Assembly: GCA_048886185.1 (NCBI GenBank)
Contig: JBHLKY010000008.1
Span: 183,047 to 215,046, forward strand
Origin: Candidatus Hermodarchaeota archaeon
Lineage (GTDB): Archaea > Asgardarchaeota > Heimdallarchaeia > Hodarchaeales > Hodarchaeaceae
DNA length: 32,000 bases
Direction of reading: 5' to 3'
In this document: positions 9,451 through 18,502 of the stretch, in pieces
Position numbering within the stretch: position 1 is the stretch's first letter
Layout of the letters: each line of letters starts with the position of its first letter
Translations under genes and position numbers: made by a program
The notes under the pieces: generated by a model
What the model saw: only the letters and a program-made list of their open reading frames with translations
What the model was told of the DNA's origin: nothing
The model's database searches: none

Positions 9451-9855
9451 TTATATTACTCTCTTTTGATGAGTCCTGATAAAATTTACTATGTCTTTGG
9501 TATCCGTACCAGGGCCAAAGATTCCATGAATCCCAATTTCATTCAGCTGCGGAACATCAATATCTGGAATGATTCCCCCAACGATCACAAGAGTATCGTC
9601 TATCATATCATTCTGTTTAAGTAATTCTATAATTCGTGGAAATAACGCCATATGTGACCCACTTAGGCTTGATAATCCGACAACATCAACATCTTCTTGC
9701 AATGCAGCTTCAACTATTTCTTCTGGACTCTTATGCAGGCCAGTATATATCACCTCCATTCCCGCATCTCTTAATGCTCGTGCTACAACTTTTACTCCCC
9801 TATCATGACCATCTAATCCAGGTTTTGCAAGTAATACTCGTATTTTTCGTGTCAT
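9451..9855 (-). CDS. B12-binding small subunit of an acyl-CoA mutase (IcmB/McmA2-like)
   Basis: [10 protein letters not shown] (DxHxxG), [19 protein letters not shown]. The ORF opens at 9897; ATG 9855 follows a GGTGA RBS. Confidence 0.92.
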   Translation of the reverse strand: MTRKIRVLLAKPGLDGHDRGVKVVARALRDAGMEVIYTGLHKSPEEIVEAALQEDVDVVGLSSLSGSHMALFPRIIELLKQNDMIDDTLVIVGGIIPDIDVPQLNEIGIHGIFGPGTDTKDIVNFIRTHQKRVI

Positions 9856-9872
9856 CTCTTTCACCAAATAAT

Positions 9873-11552
9873 TTAGATTAATTGGTCTCCTTTCCATTCC
9901 CCAAATACATCTCGTAAAACGTCACAGATCTCGCCAATAGATGCATAGGCTTTTACAGCCTTTAAAATAGGAGGCATTAGATTTTTGGTGCCTTTTGCAG
10001 CCTCACGTACTTCAGTTAAGGCCTCATTTACCGCTTCATCATCACGTTCTTTTTTTGTTTGATGTAACCGAGCTATCTGCCGTCGAGCTACTTCTTCCCC
10101 AATTTGAAGAAGAGGAACCTTGATTTCTTCATCAGAACTATATTCATTGACTCCAACAATCACTCGTTGGTTTTCTTCAATTTCTTTCTGATATTGATAG
10201 GCAGCATTGGATATTTCTTGCTGGAAAAATCCCTTTTCAATGGCTGGAATGACCCCTCCTAATTTCTCAATCTTGTCAAAATATATCTCAGTTTGTTTTT
10301 CCATTTCATTTGTCAATGCTTCAATGAAATAACTCCCAGCTAACGGATCAATGGTGTTTGTAACTCCACTTTCATAAGCAAGAATCTGTTGCGTTCGTAA
10401 TGCTATCTCAACCGCTTCCTCACTTGGCAAGGCTAACGCCTCATCTAGCGAATTTGTGTGTAAAGATTGAGTTCCACCTAAAACTGCAGCCAAAGCTTGA
10501 ATAGTTGTACGTACTACGTTATTATATGGTTGTTGAGCAGTCAAAGAACATCCAGCAGTTTGAGTATGAAATCGTAACCACATAGATCGAGAATTTTTAG
10601 GTTGATATTTCACAATATGTCGAGCCCAAATTCGCCGTGCAGCACGATATTTTGCTATTTCCTCAAATAGATCATTATGTGAATTAAAAAAGAATGATAA
10701 TCGAGGAGCAAAGTTATCAATATCCATACCTGCTTCAACAGCCCATTTGACATATTCTAATCCATCAGCTAAAGTGAAAGCGAGTTCTTGAATCGCTGTT
10801 GATCCTGCTTCACGGATATGATATCCAGAAATTGATATAGTATTCCAGCGAGGAACATGTTCAGAGCAGTACTTGATAATATCCACGATGATTCTCATTG
10901 ATGGTTTTGGCGGGAATATATAAGATTTTTGGGCAATAAACTCCTTTAGTATGTCATTTTGGATGGTTCCACCAATTTGATGTGAACTTACTCCCTGCTT
11001 CTCTGCTACCGCAATGTACATGGCAAGTAAGATTGCTGCAGGTGCATTGATTGTCATAGATGTAGTCACTTTATTAAGGGGAATTCCATCAAACAAAATC
11101 TCCATGTCTTTTAATGTGTCAATGGCTACACCTAGTTTTCCAACCTCTCCAAGGGACATAGGATGGTCTGATTCGCGACCATAAATGGTAGGAAGATGAA
11201 AAGCAACACTCAAGCCTGTCATTCCGTGTTCTAAAAGAAACTTAAATCTACGATTTGTTTCCTCAGCTCCTCCGAATCCAGCAAACTGACGCATTGTCCA
11301 TAATCGGCCACGATACATGGTCGGTTGAACCCCTCGTGTGAATGGAAACATACCTGGATATCCTAAGGCTTTTTGATAGTCCCACTTAACAGGTAGATCC
11401 GTAGGATCATATATCCTATTGATAGATTCACTGGAGGTTGTCATGAACTTCAGTAACCGTTCTGGTTTCTTTCTTATAGCTTTGTTATAGACTTCTTCCC
11501 ATTCTTTACGCTTTTGTTTGATATTAACCAACTCATTGGTTTTTTCATCCAT
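9873..11552 (-). CDS. Adenosylcobalamin-dependent acyl-CoA mutase large subunit; isobutyryl-CoA-mutase-type specificity residues
   Basis: [47 protein letters not shown]. The ORF opens at 11588; ATG 11552 follows a GGAG RBS. Confidence 0.92.
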   Translation of the reverse strand: MDEKTNELVNIKQKRKEWEEVYNKAIRKKPERLLKFMTTSSESINRIYDPTDLPVKWDYQKALGYPGMFPFTRGVQPTMYRGRLWTMRQFAGFGGAEETNRRFKFLLEHGMTGLSVAFHLPTIYGRESDHPMSLGEVGKLGVAIDTLKDMEILFDGIPLNKVTTSMTINAPAAILLAMYIAVAEKQGVSSHQIGGTIQNDILKEFIAQKSYIFPPKPSMRIIVDIIKYCSEHVPRWNTISISGYHIREAGSTAIQELAFTLADGLEYVKWAVEAGMDIDNFAPRLSFFFNSHNDLFEEIAKYRAARRIWARHIVKYQPKNSRSMWLRFHTQTAGCSLTAQQPYNNVVRTTIQALAAVLGGTQSLHTNSLDEALALPSEEAVEIALRTQQILAYESGVTNTIDPLAGSYFIEALTNEMEKQTEIYFDKIEKLGGVIPAIEKGFFQQEISNAAYQYQKEIEENQRVIVGVNEYSSDEEIKVPLLQIGEEVARRQIARLHQTKKERDDEAVNEALTEVREAAKGTKNLMPPILKAVKAYASIGEICDVLRDVFGEWKGDQLI

Positions 11553-11584
11553 CGGAATTTCTCCACTATTAGTTATATTTGAAG

Positions 11585-12166
11585 TCAATATTCAACACCT
11601 TTTCGGGCTAATATCTTCCTTTGATACGGATGTTTGCGTTCACAGATTTCTGTATAATAATCTGCAAGCTCAATTATCTCGTTAGATGCGTCTCTGCCTG
11701 TTAAAACCAGCTCAAGATTTTTAGGTTTTTGCTTGATGATATCAATTACTTCATTTTCTGATATTAGTTTGAAGTCTAATGCAACATTTATCTCGTCTAG
11801 AATTAAGATATCCCAGTTTTCGTCAGTGATAGCAATACGAGCACGATCTAAAGCAGCTTTAGCCTCATCTAAATCAATTTTCTTAGGATTTTCTTTATCA
11901 ATAAACTCAGGAGTCCCATATTGAAGGACAGTAATTTCTGGAATATTCTTAATAACTTTTAACTCGCCATAATCCCACCCTTTTTTCATAAATTGAATAA
12001 TTAATGAACGAAATCCATGTCCAGCAGCCCGAAGTGCCAATCCTAAAGCAGATGTCGTCTTTCCTTTACCATTACCAGAAATAACGTGAATTAATCCGAG
12101 CTGACATTTTTTAATTCTTTGATCATACATTATATCCACCCAAGGTCGAATGAATGTCCTAATCAC
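11585..12166 (-). CDS. cobO: Cob(I)alamin adenosyltransferase, BtuR/CobO (CobA) type
   Basis: [18 protein letters not shown]-loop, [31 protein letters not shown] 12130 is an alternative start. Confidence 0.93.
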   Translation of the reverse strand: MIRTFIRPWVDIMYDQRIKKCQLGLIHVISGNGKGKTTSALGLALRAAGHGFRSLIIQFMKKGWDYGELKVIKNIPEITVLQYGTPEFIDKENPKKIDLDEAKAALDRARIAITDENWDILILDEINVALDFKLISENEVIDIIKQKPKNLELVLTGRDASNEIIELADYYTEICERKHPYQRKILARKGVEY

Positions 12167-12307
12167 ATAAATGGTGGACTCTTCATTAAATCATTCAATT
12201 TTTCTCTTCCCAATCATAAGAAATTTATTTCCTTTCTTTTTCAATGAAAATCGGCGTTATTCTTAAATATTTTAATGATAAGGCCCTTGGAAACCTTTAT
12301 TTACCCT

Positions 12308-12408
12308 GGCCGGCGTAGGATAATTTTAGGCAGTATTCTGCTTATAGTACAATGGTAGTCTCGGAGGTTGTGGCCCTCCATGTCGGGGTTCGATTCCCCG
12401 TGCCGGCC
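12308..12408 (+). tRNA. tRNA-His(GUG) with encoded G-1 and a 29-nt D-loop intron
   Basis: Acceptor GCCGGCG/TGCCGGC, G-1 opposite C73, D-stem GGAT/GTCT, anticodon stem GGAGG/CCTCC with GTG at 12370-12372, T-arm CGGGG-TTCGATT-CCCCG. No CCA encoded. Confidence 0.9.
12324..12352 (+). other. Non-canonical tRNA intron (29 nt, best register at position 15/16)
   Basis: Removing TTTTAGGCAGTATTCTGCTTATAGTACAA restores a normal D-loop. It contains the hairpin TAGGCAG-TATT-CTGCTTA. The exact register is ambiguous by a few nt because AAT is repeated at both ends. Confidence 0.75.
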
Positions 12409-12614
12409 CTTACTTTTGCATCAGAAATTACAGGTAATGGTTTGTTATAATCACTCATAGATCAACGCTCATCGTGAAAACTTTCTCATGGAAGAAAAAT
12501 CCTGATTGATAACATGATATTGAAGCTAAGCTTTGTAACCCCTTCCATAGTGGGGTTTTAGAAATGAGTTCCATCATGTTTTATTGACGAAGATTAGAAT
12601 AATAGCTTTAATAA

Positions 12615-13763
12615 CTAGGAAGAAAATCCCATAATTGCTTCGACTATTGGAGGGTCATCAGAGGAAATAGAAATTAAATTCCGAGAGACCAACTCTTCTA
12701 ACATTTGTTTGAGCTTAATTGGATGTGCACCAACAGACATTGCTAGCGTTGGAAGATCCAGAGAACCACCAAGGTTCAGTAATATTAGTATCGAAGCGTA
12801 TAGGGGATGAGTAGAGAGTAATCGCTGAGTAAATTCCAAGACCATATTACGTTGAGAACGTTCATTAATCACTTCAGTTAATTTATTCTGAAGGTTTTGT
12901 TGTTCTTCCTCCGCCATGGCAAGTGCTTCTTCAAGACGAGACACTGTGACTTTGTGCTGCTTGAATTCATTTTCATGACGTTGGATTTCATTTTTTAATC
13001 GGTTTTGCATCTCCTCTATTTCTAAATCATAATCCTGACGGACTTGCTTTATTCGTTGCTGAATACTTTCTTCTAACATTCTATTGAAATAGTCCTCTTG
13101 TATCTGGTAGGTTTGCGCGACAGATGCCAAAGCATCATTAATGTCTTTTTCATGGATCTTTTCATTTTCTTTTAAATTTTCGATCACAGCTACTTTTGCT
13201 GCAAGCTCAGAACTGATATCATTGATCCGTTTTTGGTTCAGCTCCTCCTGTTCCTGTAGATTCTGTACCTGAAGTTGAAAACGCCTTATCTCTATCTCCT
13301 GTTTATTCACTTTATCTTGGTTTTCCTCGAAGATGAGACGATTCTCCTCTCGTTCGTGTTCCATCTGAGAAAGTTGTACATTTTTTTCTTTTATCTGATC
13401 TCTCAGCTTATTAAGCTCTGTCTCTAACTGTTTAACCTGCTCTTCGTCAACGGATGAGGTTACTTCCTGAAGAAATGTAGCATCACTCTGAATGACTTGC
13501 CGAATCCGACCAAGTGATTTGAGTGTAATCCGTGTCAATTCACCATCAACAATGCGAGAGGTCTCTTTCCTGATGTTTTTAACAAATTCTTCAATATCTT
13601 TGTAGGTAAAATGTTGAACACCTTGACTAACAAGTGAACTTCTAGCCCCTGAAATAACTACACCAATCTCCTGTTGAGCTCTTTCGCGATCTTTAGCTAT
13701 TTCATTAATAAACTCTAATCCATACTCCTTCAACGTTTTTGGTGTCATAAACCTTTCCTTCAT
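12615..13763 (-). CDS. Long coiled-coil protein with C-terminal winged-helix-like domain
   Basis: About 200 aa of E/Q/K-rich helical sequence, then LYASILILLNLGGSLDLPTLAMSVGAHPIKLKQMLEELVSRNLISI. Confidence 0.75.
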   Translation of the reverse strand: MKERFMTPKTLKEYGLEFINEIAKDRERAQQEIGVVISGARSSLVSQGVQHFTYKDIEEFVKNIRKETSRIVDGELTRITLKSLGRIRQVIQSDATFLQEVTSSVDEEQVKQLETELNKLRDQIKEKNVQLSQMEHEREENRLIFEENQDKVNKQEIEIRRFQLQVQNLQEQEELNQKRINDISSELAAKVAVIENLKENEKIHEKDINDALASVAQTYQIQEDYFNRMLEESIQQRIKQVRQDYDLEIEEMQNRLKNEIQRHENEFKQHKVTVSRLEEALAMAEEEQQNLQNKLTEVINERSQRNMVLEFTQRLLSTHPLYASILILLNLGGSLDLPTLAMSVGAHPIKLKQMLEELVSRNLISISSDDPPIVEAIMGFSS

Positions 13764-13978
13764 GATCTGAAAAGAATCTCGAACTAATAAAGATTAAGAT
13801 TGTATTTTTTTTTGCCTCCTTTAAATCATTCTTAATGGGATATAAAAAATGGATTCCTCAACAGAGTGTCCTCAATCAACTTGGACTTTTAGGAAAAATC
13901 CTAAAATTTATCAATTCACTTGTTTGTGAACTTTTTAAAATAAAAACAAAAAAAGAATCTAGAGAGAGTGCTCTTCCT

Positions 13979-14701
13979 ATGCCATTGGATCAAAAAAACA
14001 TTGTTTTTCAAGAATTCAATCTCCATTGGAATCTACAATTACCACTTCCCTTACTTGTTGAAGCTCTTACTCATCCATCGTTTAAATCAGTGGATCCTGA
14101 TGCTTCTGATAATCAACGTCTTGAAACATTAGGAGATTCAGTAATTGATCTCCTTGTCATCGAATGGCTTTATAACAACGATTTACAAAATGAGGGCATT
14201 CTAACGAAAAAAAGAGCTGATTTAGTACAAAATACTACATTAGCTACAATTGGTAATGATTTACAGATCGCTACAGTCTTACGATGTGCTCCAGCATATC
14301 AAATTCAGGAAAAAGATCTTGCAGACACCGTTGAAGCAATATTTGGAGCAATCTATATCTCTAATGGGTTAGAGGCATGTCGAAATCTCTTATTACATCT
14401 TTTCAATGACGAATTACAAAGAGTCTTAAGATTAAACAACTCTATAAGTCTACCAGGACACAATGAAGCGAATCCTAAAAATCAGTTGCAAGAGTTCTTT
14501 CAACAACATGGATTGCCTGAACCCAGTTATCATTTACATAAAAAACAGGGGGACGATCATAATCCTCGCTATTGGTATTCATGCAAGGGGATCTACAAAA
14601 ATCACGTTTTAGTGGGAAAAGGAGTTGGTAAAAGTAAAAAAGATGCACAAATGAAGGCTGCTTATGATCTACTTAAGCAGCTGAAACAGTTGGAATTGTA
14701 A
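13979..14701 (+). CDS. rnc: Ribonuclease III (RIII domain plus dsRBD)
   Basis: EALTHPS, NQRLETLGDSVI signature, LADTVEAIFGAIY, and dsRBD NPKNQLQEF...GKGVGKSKKDAQMKAA. The ORF opens at 13835; ATG 13979 gives a typical length. Confidence 0.92.
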   Translation: MPLDQKNIVFQEFNLHWNLQLPLPLLVEALTHPSFKSVDPDASDNQRLETLGDSVIDLLVIEWLYNNDLQNEGILTKKRADLVQNTTLATIGNDLQIATVLRCAPAYQIQEKDLADTVEAIFGAIYISNGLEACRNLLLHLFNDELQRVLRLNNSISLPGHNEANPKNQLQEFFQQHGLPEPSYHLHKKQGDDHNPRYWYSCKGIYKNHVLVGKGVGKSKKDAQMKAAYDLLKQLKQLEL

Positions 14702-14708
14702 AATGAAA

Positions 14709-15104
14709 TTACTTTAAGGGTACGAATTGAGACCCTCTTGTTGCACCAATACCAGGAGCAGAGTGTTTCACTTGTTTACAAGTTGGTGCAAATTCACCCA
14801 AATAATGTCCAAGCATTTCTGGCTCTAAATTAACGCGAAGAAATTCCCTACCATTATACACCTGAACTACAGCACCAATAAGTTCGGGAAGAATGATGAA
14901 ATCCCGACAATGAGTACGTACAGGACGTTTGGATTCTTTGGAAGAAAGAATACGTTCCATGAGCTTAATATGTTGAGTACTCATCCCACGGGTTAATGAA
15001 CGACGTTGACGGGCAGGAAGAAGGGAAATAAACTCATCCATAGATTTTTGATGAAGTTCATCAAGGGTAAATCCACGATACTGAAAACCACGACGAGAAG
15101 ACAA
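14709..15104 (-). CDS. rps19p: 30S ribosomal protein uS19 (S19P/S15e)
   Basis: FQYRGFTLDEL, VRTHCRD, EMLGHYLGEF, APGIGATRGSQFVPLK; TTG start with GGTGA RBS. Confidence 0.96.
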   Translation of the reverse strand: MSSRRGFQYRGFTLDELHQKSMDEFISLLPARQRRSLTRGMSTQHIKLMERILSSKESKRPVRTHCRDFIILPELIGAVVQVYNGREFLRVNLEPEMLGHYLGEFAPTCKQVKHSAPGIGATRGSQFVPLK

Positions 15105-15494
15105 ATATTATCACCTTAAGTCTTATATAAGGGGAAACTTCCATTGGGTTAAAAAAATGAAGGTTGCTTGATGAGTGGTTAAATGATGAGAAAAAAGGTG
15201 TAAAATATCAGAAGAAGATCAGAGACAATAGAACAGGAAGGATAAAAGCTAAAAGAATGAAAAAGAAAATGTTTGATCTGTAATTACCGTTAAAACAGAT
15301 AGAAAGGCAAGAAAATTGAAGAATGAAGAAGATGTACTGGGGGAAAGGGACAGTGTATGAGAATCGGAAGAAGGAGATGATTTTTATAACGAAAAAATCG
15401 TAACCTCACATGTTTGAAATAAGCCAATACTACGTGTAAATGCTAAAAAATTAAAAAATAAAAGAGATTTCAGAATTATAACATAGTATTTGAA

Positions 15495-15971
15495 ATGGTT
15501 GAATTTGAATTGCCAAATTACAAGATCTCAGTCTTTGGGTTAGATGTAGACCGAACTGCGATTGCTACTGGACGAAATATGCGAATCTCACCAAAACATG
15601 CACGTGAAATTTGTCGTGAACTCAAAGGAAAATATCTGGAAACAGCTCAAGAGTATCTAGAGCAGATAATAAAAAAGGAAAAAAGCGTCCCATTCAGACG
15701 ATATCGTAAGAAAGTTCCTCACCGAAGTGATCTGAGGAAATGGCCAGCTGGTCGCTATCCACAAAAAGCAGCAAAGGAAATATTACGCGTTCTAGAAAAT
15801 GCAGAACAAAATTCCTCCTTTAAAGGATTGGAAGTCAGTCGACTCCGAATTACACACATTGCTGCCCAAAGGGGACGAAAAATTCGAGGATTCATGCCAA
15901 GAGCGCAGGGCCGATCGTCACCAAGTCATCAAACTTTAACTCATATCGAATTAGTGGTTACGGAGGAGTAA
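15495..15971 (+). CDS. rpl22p: 50S ribosomal protein uL22
   Basis: RISPKHAREIC, GRYPQKAA, PRAQGRSSP, HIELVV. Confidence 0.96.
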   Translation: MVEFELPNYKISVFGLDVDRTAIATGRNMRISPKHAREICRELKGKYLETAQEYLEQIIKKEKSVPFRRYRKKVPHRSDLRKWPAGRYPQKAAKEILRVLENAEQNSSFKGLEVSRLRITHIAAQRGRKIRGFMPRAQGRSSPSHQTLTHIELVVTEE

Positions 15972-15973
15972 GA

Positions 15974-16801
15974 ATGGCTGCACGAAAAGAATTACTCAAT
16001 AGAAACTTGCAATACGTCCAGGTAAGTGAATATCTCAACGATGAATTACAACTGGCCGGCCAAGGGAAAATAGAGATTCATAAAACACCAATGGGACATC
16101 GAGTGGTGATCCATGCAGTTCGCCTGGGGATGGTAATCGGTAGACGGGGACGAAATGTTAGGAAAATTACTGAGACATTGGAGCATGCTTATGGACTAGA
16201 AACACCTCAGCTTGAAATTAAAGATCTTGAAAATCCTCGATTGAACTCTCGAGTGATGGCTGGACGATTAATTTCACAAATTCAAAAAGGTTTTCACTTT
16301 CGGAGAGCAGGATACGCCTTGGTTCGGCGGATTATGTCTGCAGAAGCACGAGGATGCGAAATTACGATTAAAGGAAAATTAACATCTCAAAGAGCACGAT
16401 CAGAAGTGTTTCGAGAAGGATTTGTCGCAAAATGTGGAGAACCCTCTAAGAAATATGTGCAAGATACTGTTATGGAAGTTACGTTAAAACAGGGAGTCAT
16501 AGGAGTTCATGTGAAGATTATGCAACCAGATGCAGTACTTCCTGATGATGCTATACTCATTTCGAAGGTTTTCGGGGAACCCAAGGAAGAAGAAGAGCCT
16601 ATTGCTGAAATTTTATCTGACATTGAACCAGAAGAAGAAGAGGAAGAAGAAGAATTAGAAAGAGAATTAGAAGAAGAAGAACCTGTAACTAAAACCGAAC
16701 TCGAGGAAGAAACAACAGAGGAAAATGAAACTGAAACCAAAATTAAAGATAAAAAACCAAAAGATAATGAAAATTTATTGAAGTCTGAAGATTTTGATTA
16801 A
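15974..16801 (+). CDS. rps3p: 30S ribosomal protein uS3 with long acidic C-terminal tail
   Basis: KH domain (LGMVIGRRGRNVRKI), ARGCEITIKGKL, LKQGVIGVHVKIM; E-rich tail. Confidence 0.95.
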   Translation: MAARKELLNRNLQYVQVSEYLNDELQLAGQGKIEIHKTPMGHRVVIHAVRLGMVIGRRGRNVRKITETLEHAYGLETPQLEIKDLENPRLNSRVMAGRLISQIQKGFHFRRAGYALVRRIMSAEARGCEITIKGKLTSQRARSEVFREGFVAKCGEPSKKYVQDTVMEVTLKQGVIGVHVKIMQPDAVLPDDAILISKVFGEPKEEEEPIAEILSDIEPEEEEEEEELERELEEEEPVTKTELEEETTEENETETKIKDKKPKDNENLLKSEDFD

Positions 16802-16806
16802 AACAG

Positions 16807-17028
16807 GTGATGGAAACGGCAATATTACGAAAAACTGAAATTCGAAAGATGACTCGGAAAGAACGAGAGAAGAAGTTAACCGAGTTGAAAACTGAATTAT
16901 TAACATTAAGAGGTAAAGCACGAACAGGAGCCGTTGAATCATCAGGTCGAGTTCGAGAACTAAGACGGACTGTGGCACGAATACTCACAATTAACAAGGA
17001 AGAAGAAGATGCCATTCAATCATCATGA
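16807..17028 (+). CDS. rpl29p: 50S ribosomal protein uL29
   Basis: ILRKTEIRKMT, LTELKTELL, RELRRTVARILT. Confidence 0.93.
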   Translation: MMETAILRKTEIRKMTRKEREKKLTELKTELLTLRGKARTGAVESSGRVRELRRTVARILTINKEEEDAIQSS

Positions 17029-17296
17029 TTTATTAATAGAAAGAAATATTCAGAAAATTCGACTGATCGGACGACATTGCGAAATCAATTACACAGGAAA
17101 GTTATTTATTGGCATGATAAGAAATGAAACAAAAAACACTTGGGAAATAATGACAGAAAAAGGACCAAAAACAATCCCAAAGGATCAATCAAAATTACGA
17201 ATAGTAATTAATAATCAATTATATGAAATAAATGGAGACCAAATGAAAGGACGACAGGAAGATCGTATTAAACGCATGAGGAAACGAAAATGGTGA
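17009..17296 (+). CDS. rnp1: Ribonuclease P protein component 1 (aRpp29/Pop4)
   Basis: LIG...G.I..ETKNTW, KTIPK and RQEDRIK; canonical position between L29 and S17. Confidence 0.85.
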   Translation: MPFNHHDLLIERNIQKIRLIGRHCEINYTGKLFIGMIRNETKNTWEIMTEKGPKTIPKDQSKLRIVINNQLYEINGDQMKGRQEDRIKRMRKRKW

Positions 17297-17634
17297 AGAA
17301 AAAGTATTCTCGACACATAGGTATTGCGCCAACACCTAAAAGAACATGTGATGACCAAAATTGCCCCTTTCATGGAACATTATCTGTTCGTGGTCGCATT
17401 ATTGAAACAGAAGTGATATCTGATAGAATGGATAAAACAGTAACTGTTCAAAGACCATATCTAGAATTAGTGAGAAAATACAAACGATATGGGCGCTCAA
17501 CTATCCAAATGCACGCACATAATCCTCCCTGCATCGACGCTAAAGTAGGAGACCGAATACGAATTGGAGAATGTCGTCCAATATCAAAAACAGTGTCTTT
17601 CGTAGTAATCGAAAGACTAGGGAATGGAGAGTAA
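17290..17634 (+). CDS. rps17p: 30S ribosomal protein uS17
   Basis: CDDQNCPFHGTLSVRG, HAHNPPCI, GECRPISKT. Confidence 0.96.
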   Translation: MVKKKYSRHIGIAPTPKRTCDDQNCPFHGTLSVRGRIIETEVISDRMDKTVTVQRPYLELVRKYKRYGRSTIQMHAHNPPCIDAKVGDRIRIGECRPISKTVSFVVIERLGNGE

Positions 17635-17637
17635 ACC

Positions 17638-18054
17638 ATGAAGAAGCGAAGATCATTACGGCTTGTGACAAGACGAATAACACGAGCATTACCAACTGGA
17701 GCAATCGTTAATGTGGCTGACAACTCGGGGGCAAGATTGATTCAAGTTATTAGTGTAAAAGGACATACCACCCGCCTCAGCCGCCAGCCAGCAGCAAGAG
17801 TGGGGGACATGATAGTTTGCTCAGTTAAAAAGGGAACGCCAAAACTGCGAAGACAAATTGTCCATGCAGTAGTTATTAGACAAAAAAAGCCATTTAAACG
17901 ATCGGATGGCAGCTGGATTTATTTTGAAGATAACGCAGTTGTTATAACAAATGAACAAGGAGAGCCACGTGGAAGTGAGATTCGAGGAGCAGTATCAAAA
18001 GAAGCAGCAGATGCTTGGCCACGAATTGCTAGCGCAGCACGAATTATTTCATAG
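17638..18054 (+). CDS. rpl14p: 50S ribosomal protein uL14
   Basis: VADNSGA, VGDMIVCSVKKG, FEDNAVV, WPRIASAA. Confidence 0.96.
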   Translation: MKKRRSLRLVTRRITRALPTGAIVNVADNSGARLIQVISVKGHTTRLSRQPAARVGDMIVCSVKKGTPKLRRQIVHAVVIRQKKPFKRSDGSWIYFEDNAVVITNEQGEPRGSEIRGAVSKEAADAWPRIASAARIIS

Positions 18055-18070
18055 AAAGGTGAGAAAATAA

Positions 18071-18502
18071 ATGGGAACAAAGACATTGACTCGTAATCCT
18101 TCAAAACAAAGACGACGGCTGTACCAAGCTGATTCCTTTCAGCGATCGAAATTAATTTCCGTACGACTCTCGAAGGAACTAAAAGACAAATATAAGGTTA
18201 AAAATATGCCTGTTCGCAGCGGGGACGTTGTCTATATCACCACTGGAGATTTTGTAGGTACAGAAGGGAAGGTACTTGCAGTCAATTATAAAAAACGACG
18301 CCTATCAATAGATGGAATTTCCCGAGAAAAAGCGGACAAGTCAAAAATCGTATACATGATTGATACCTCAAAAGTAATTATCCGTCGTTTTGGAAAAGTA
18401 GGCAAAACACGAAAGAAGATCCTTGAGCGAAAAGCAAAAATGGAATTAAAGATTGATGAAGAAGACATCAGTCTTGAAGAAGAACTCGAAGAAGAGGAAT
18501 AA
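18071..18502 (+). CDS. rpl24p: 50S ribosomal protein uL24
   Basis: PSKQRRRLY, LSKELKDKY, VRSGDVV KOW motif; acidic tail. Confidence 0.94.
   Translation: MGTKTLTRNPSKQRRRLYQADSFQRSKLISVRLSKELKDKYKVKNMPVRSGDVVYITTGDFVGTEGKVLAVNYKKRRLSIDGISREKADKSKIVYMIDTSKVIIRRFGKVGKTRKKILERKAKMELKIDEEDISLEEELEEEE

Noticed and set aside
12241-12253. 13-nt word TCAATGAAAATCG also present at about 22647-22659
   Set aside because: Several exact matches of this length are expected by chance in 32 kb of AT-rich DNA; only two copies were seen.
15130-15150. GGGGAAACTTCCATTGGG, loosely like an archaeal ORB origin box
   Set aside because: Poor match to the ORB consensus, single copy, and no cdc6/orc1 gene in the window.
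16620-16720. GAA-rich repetitive DNA
   Set aside because: Explained by the poly-Glu tail of uS3; not a CRISPR or tandem-repeat element.
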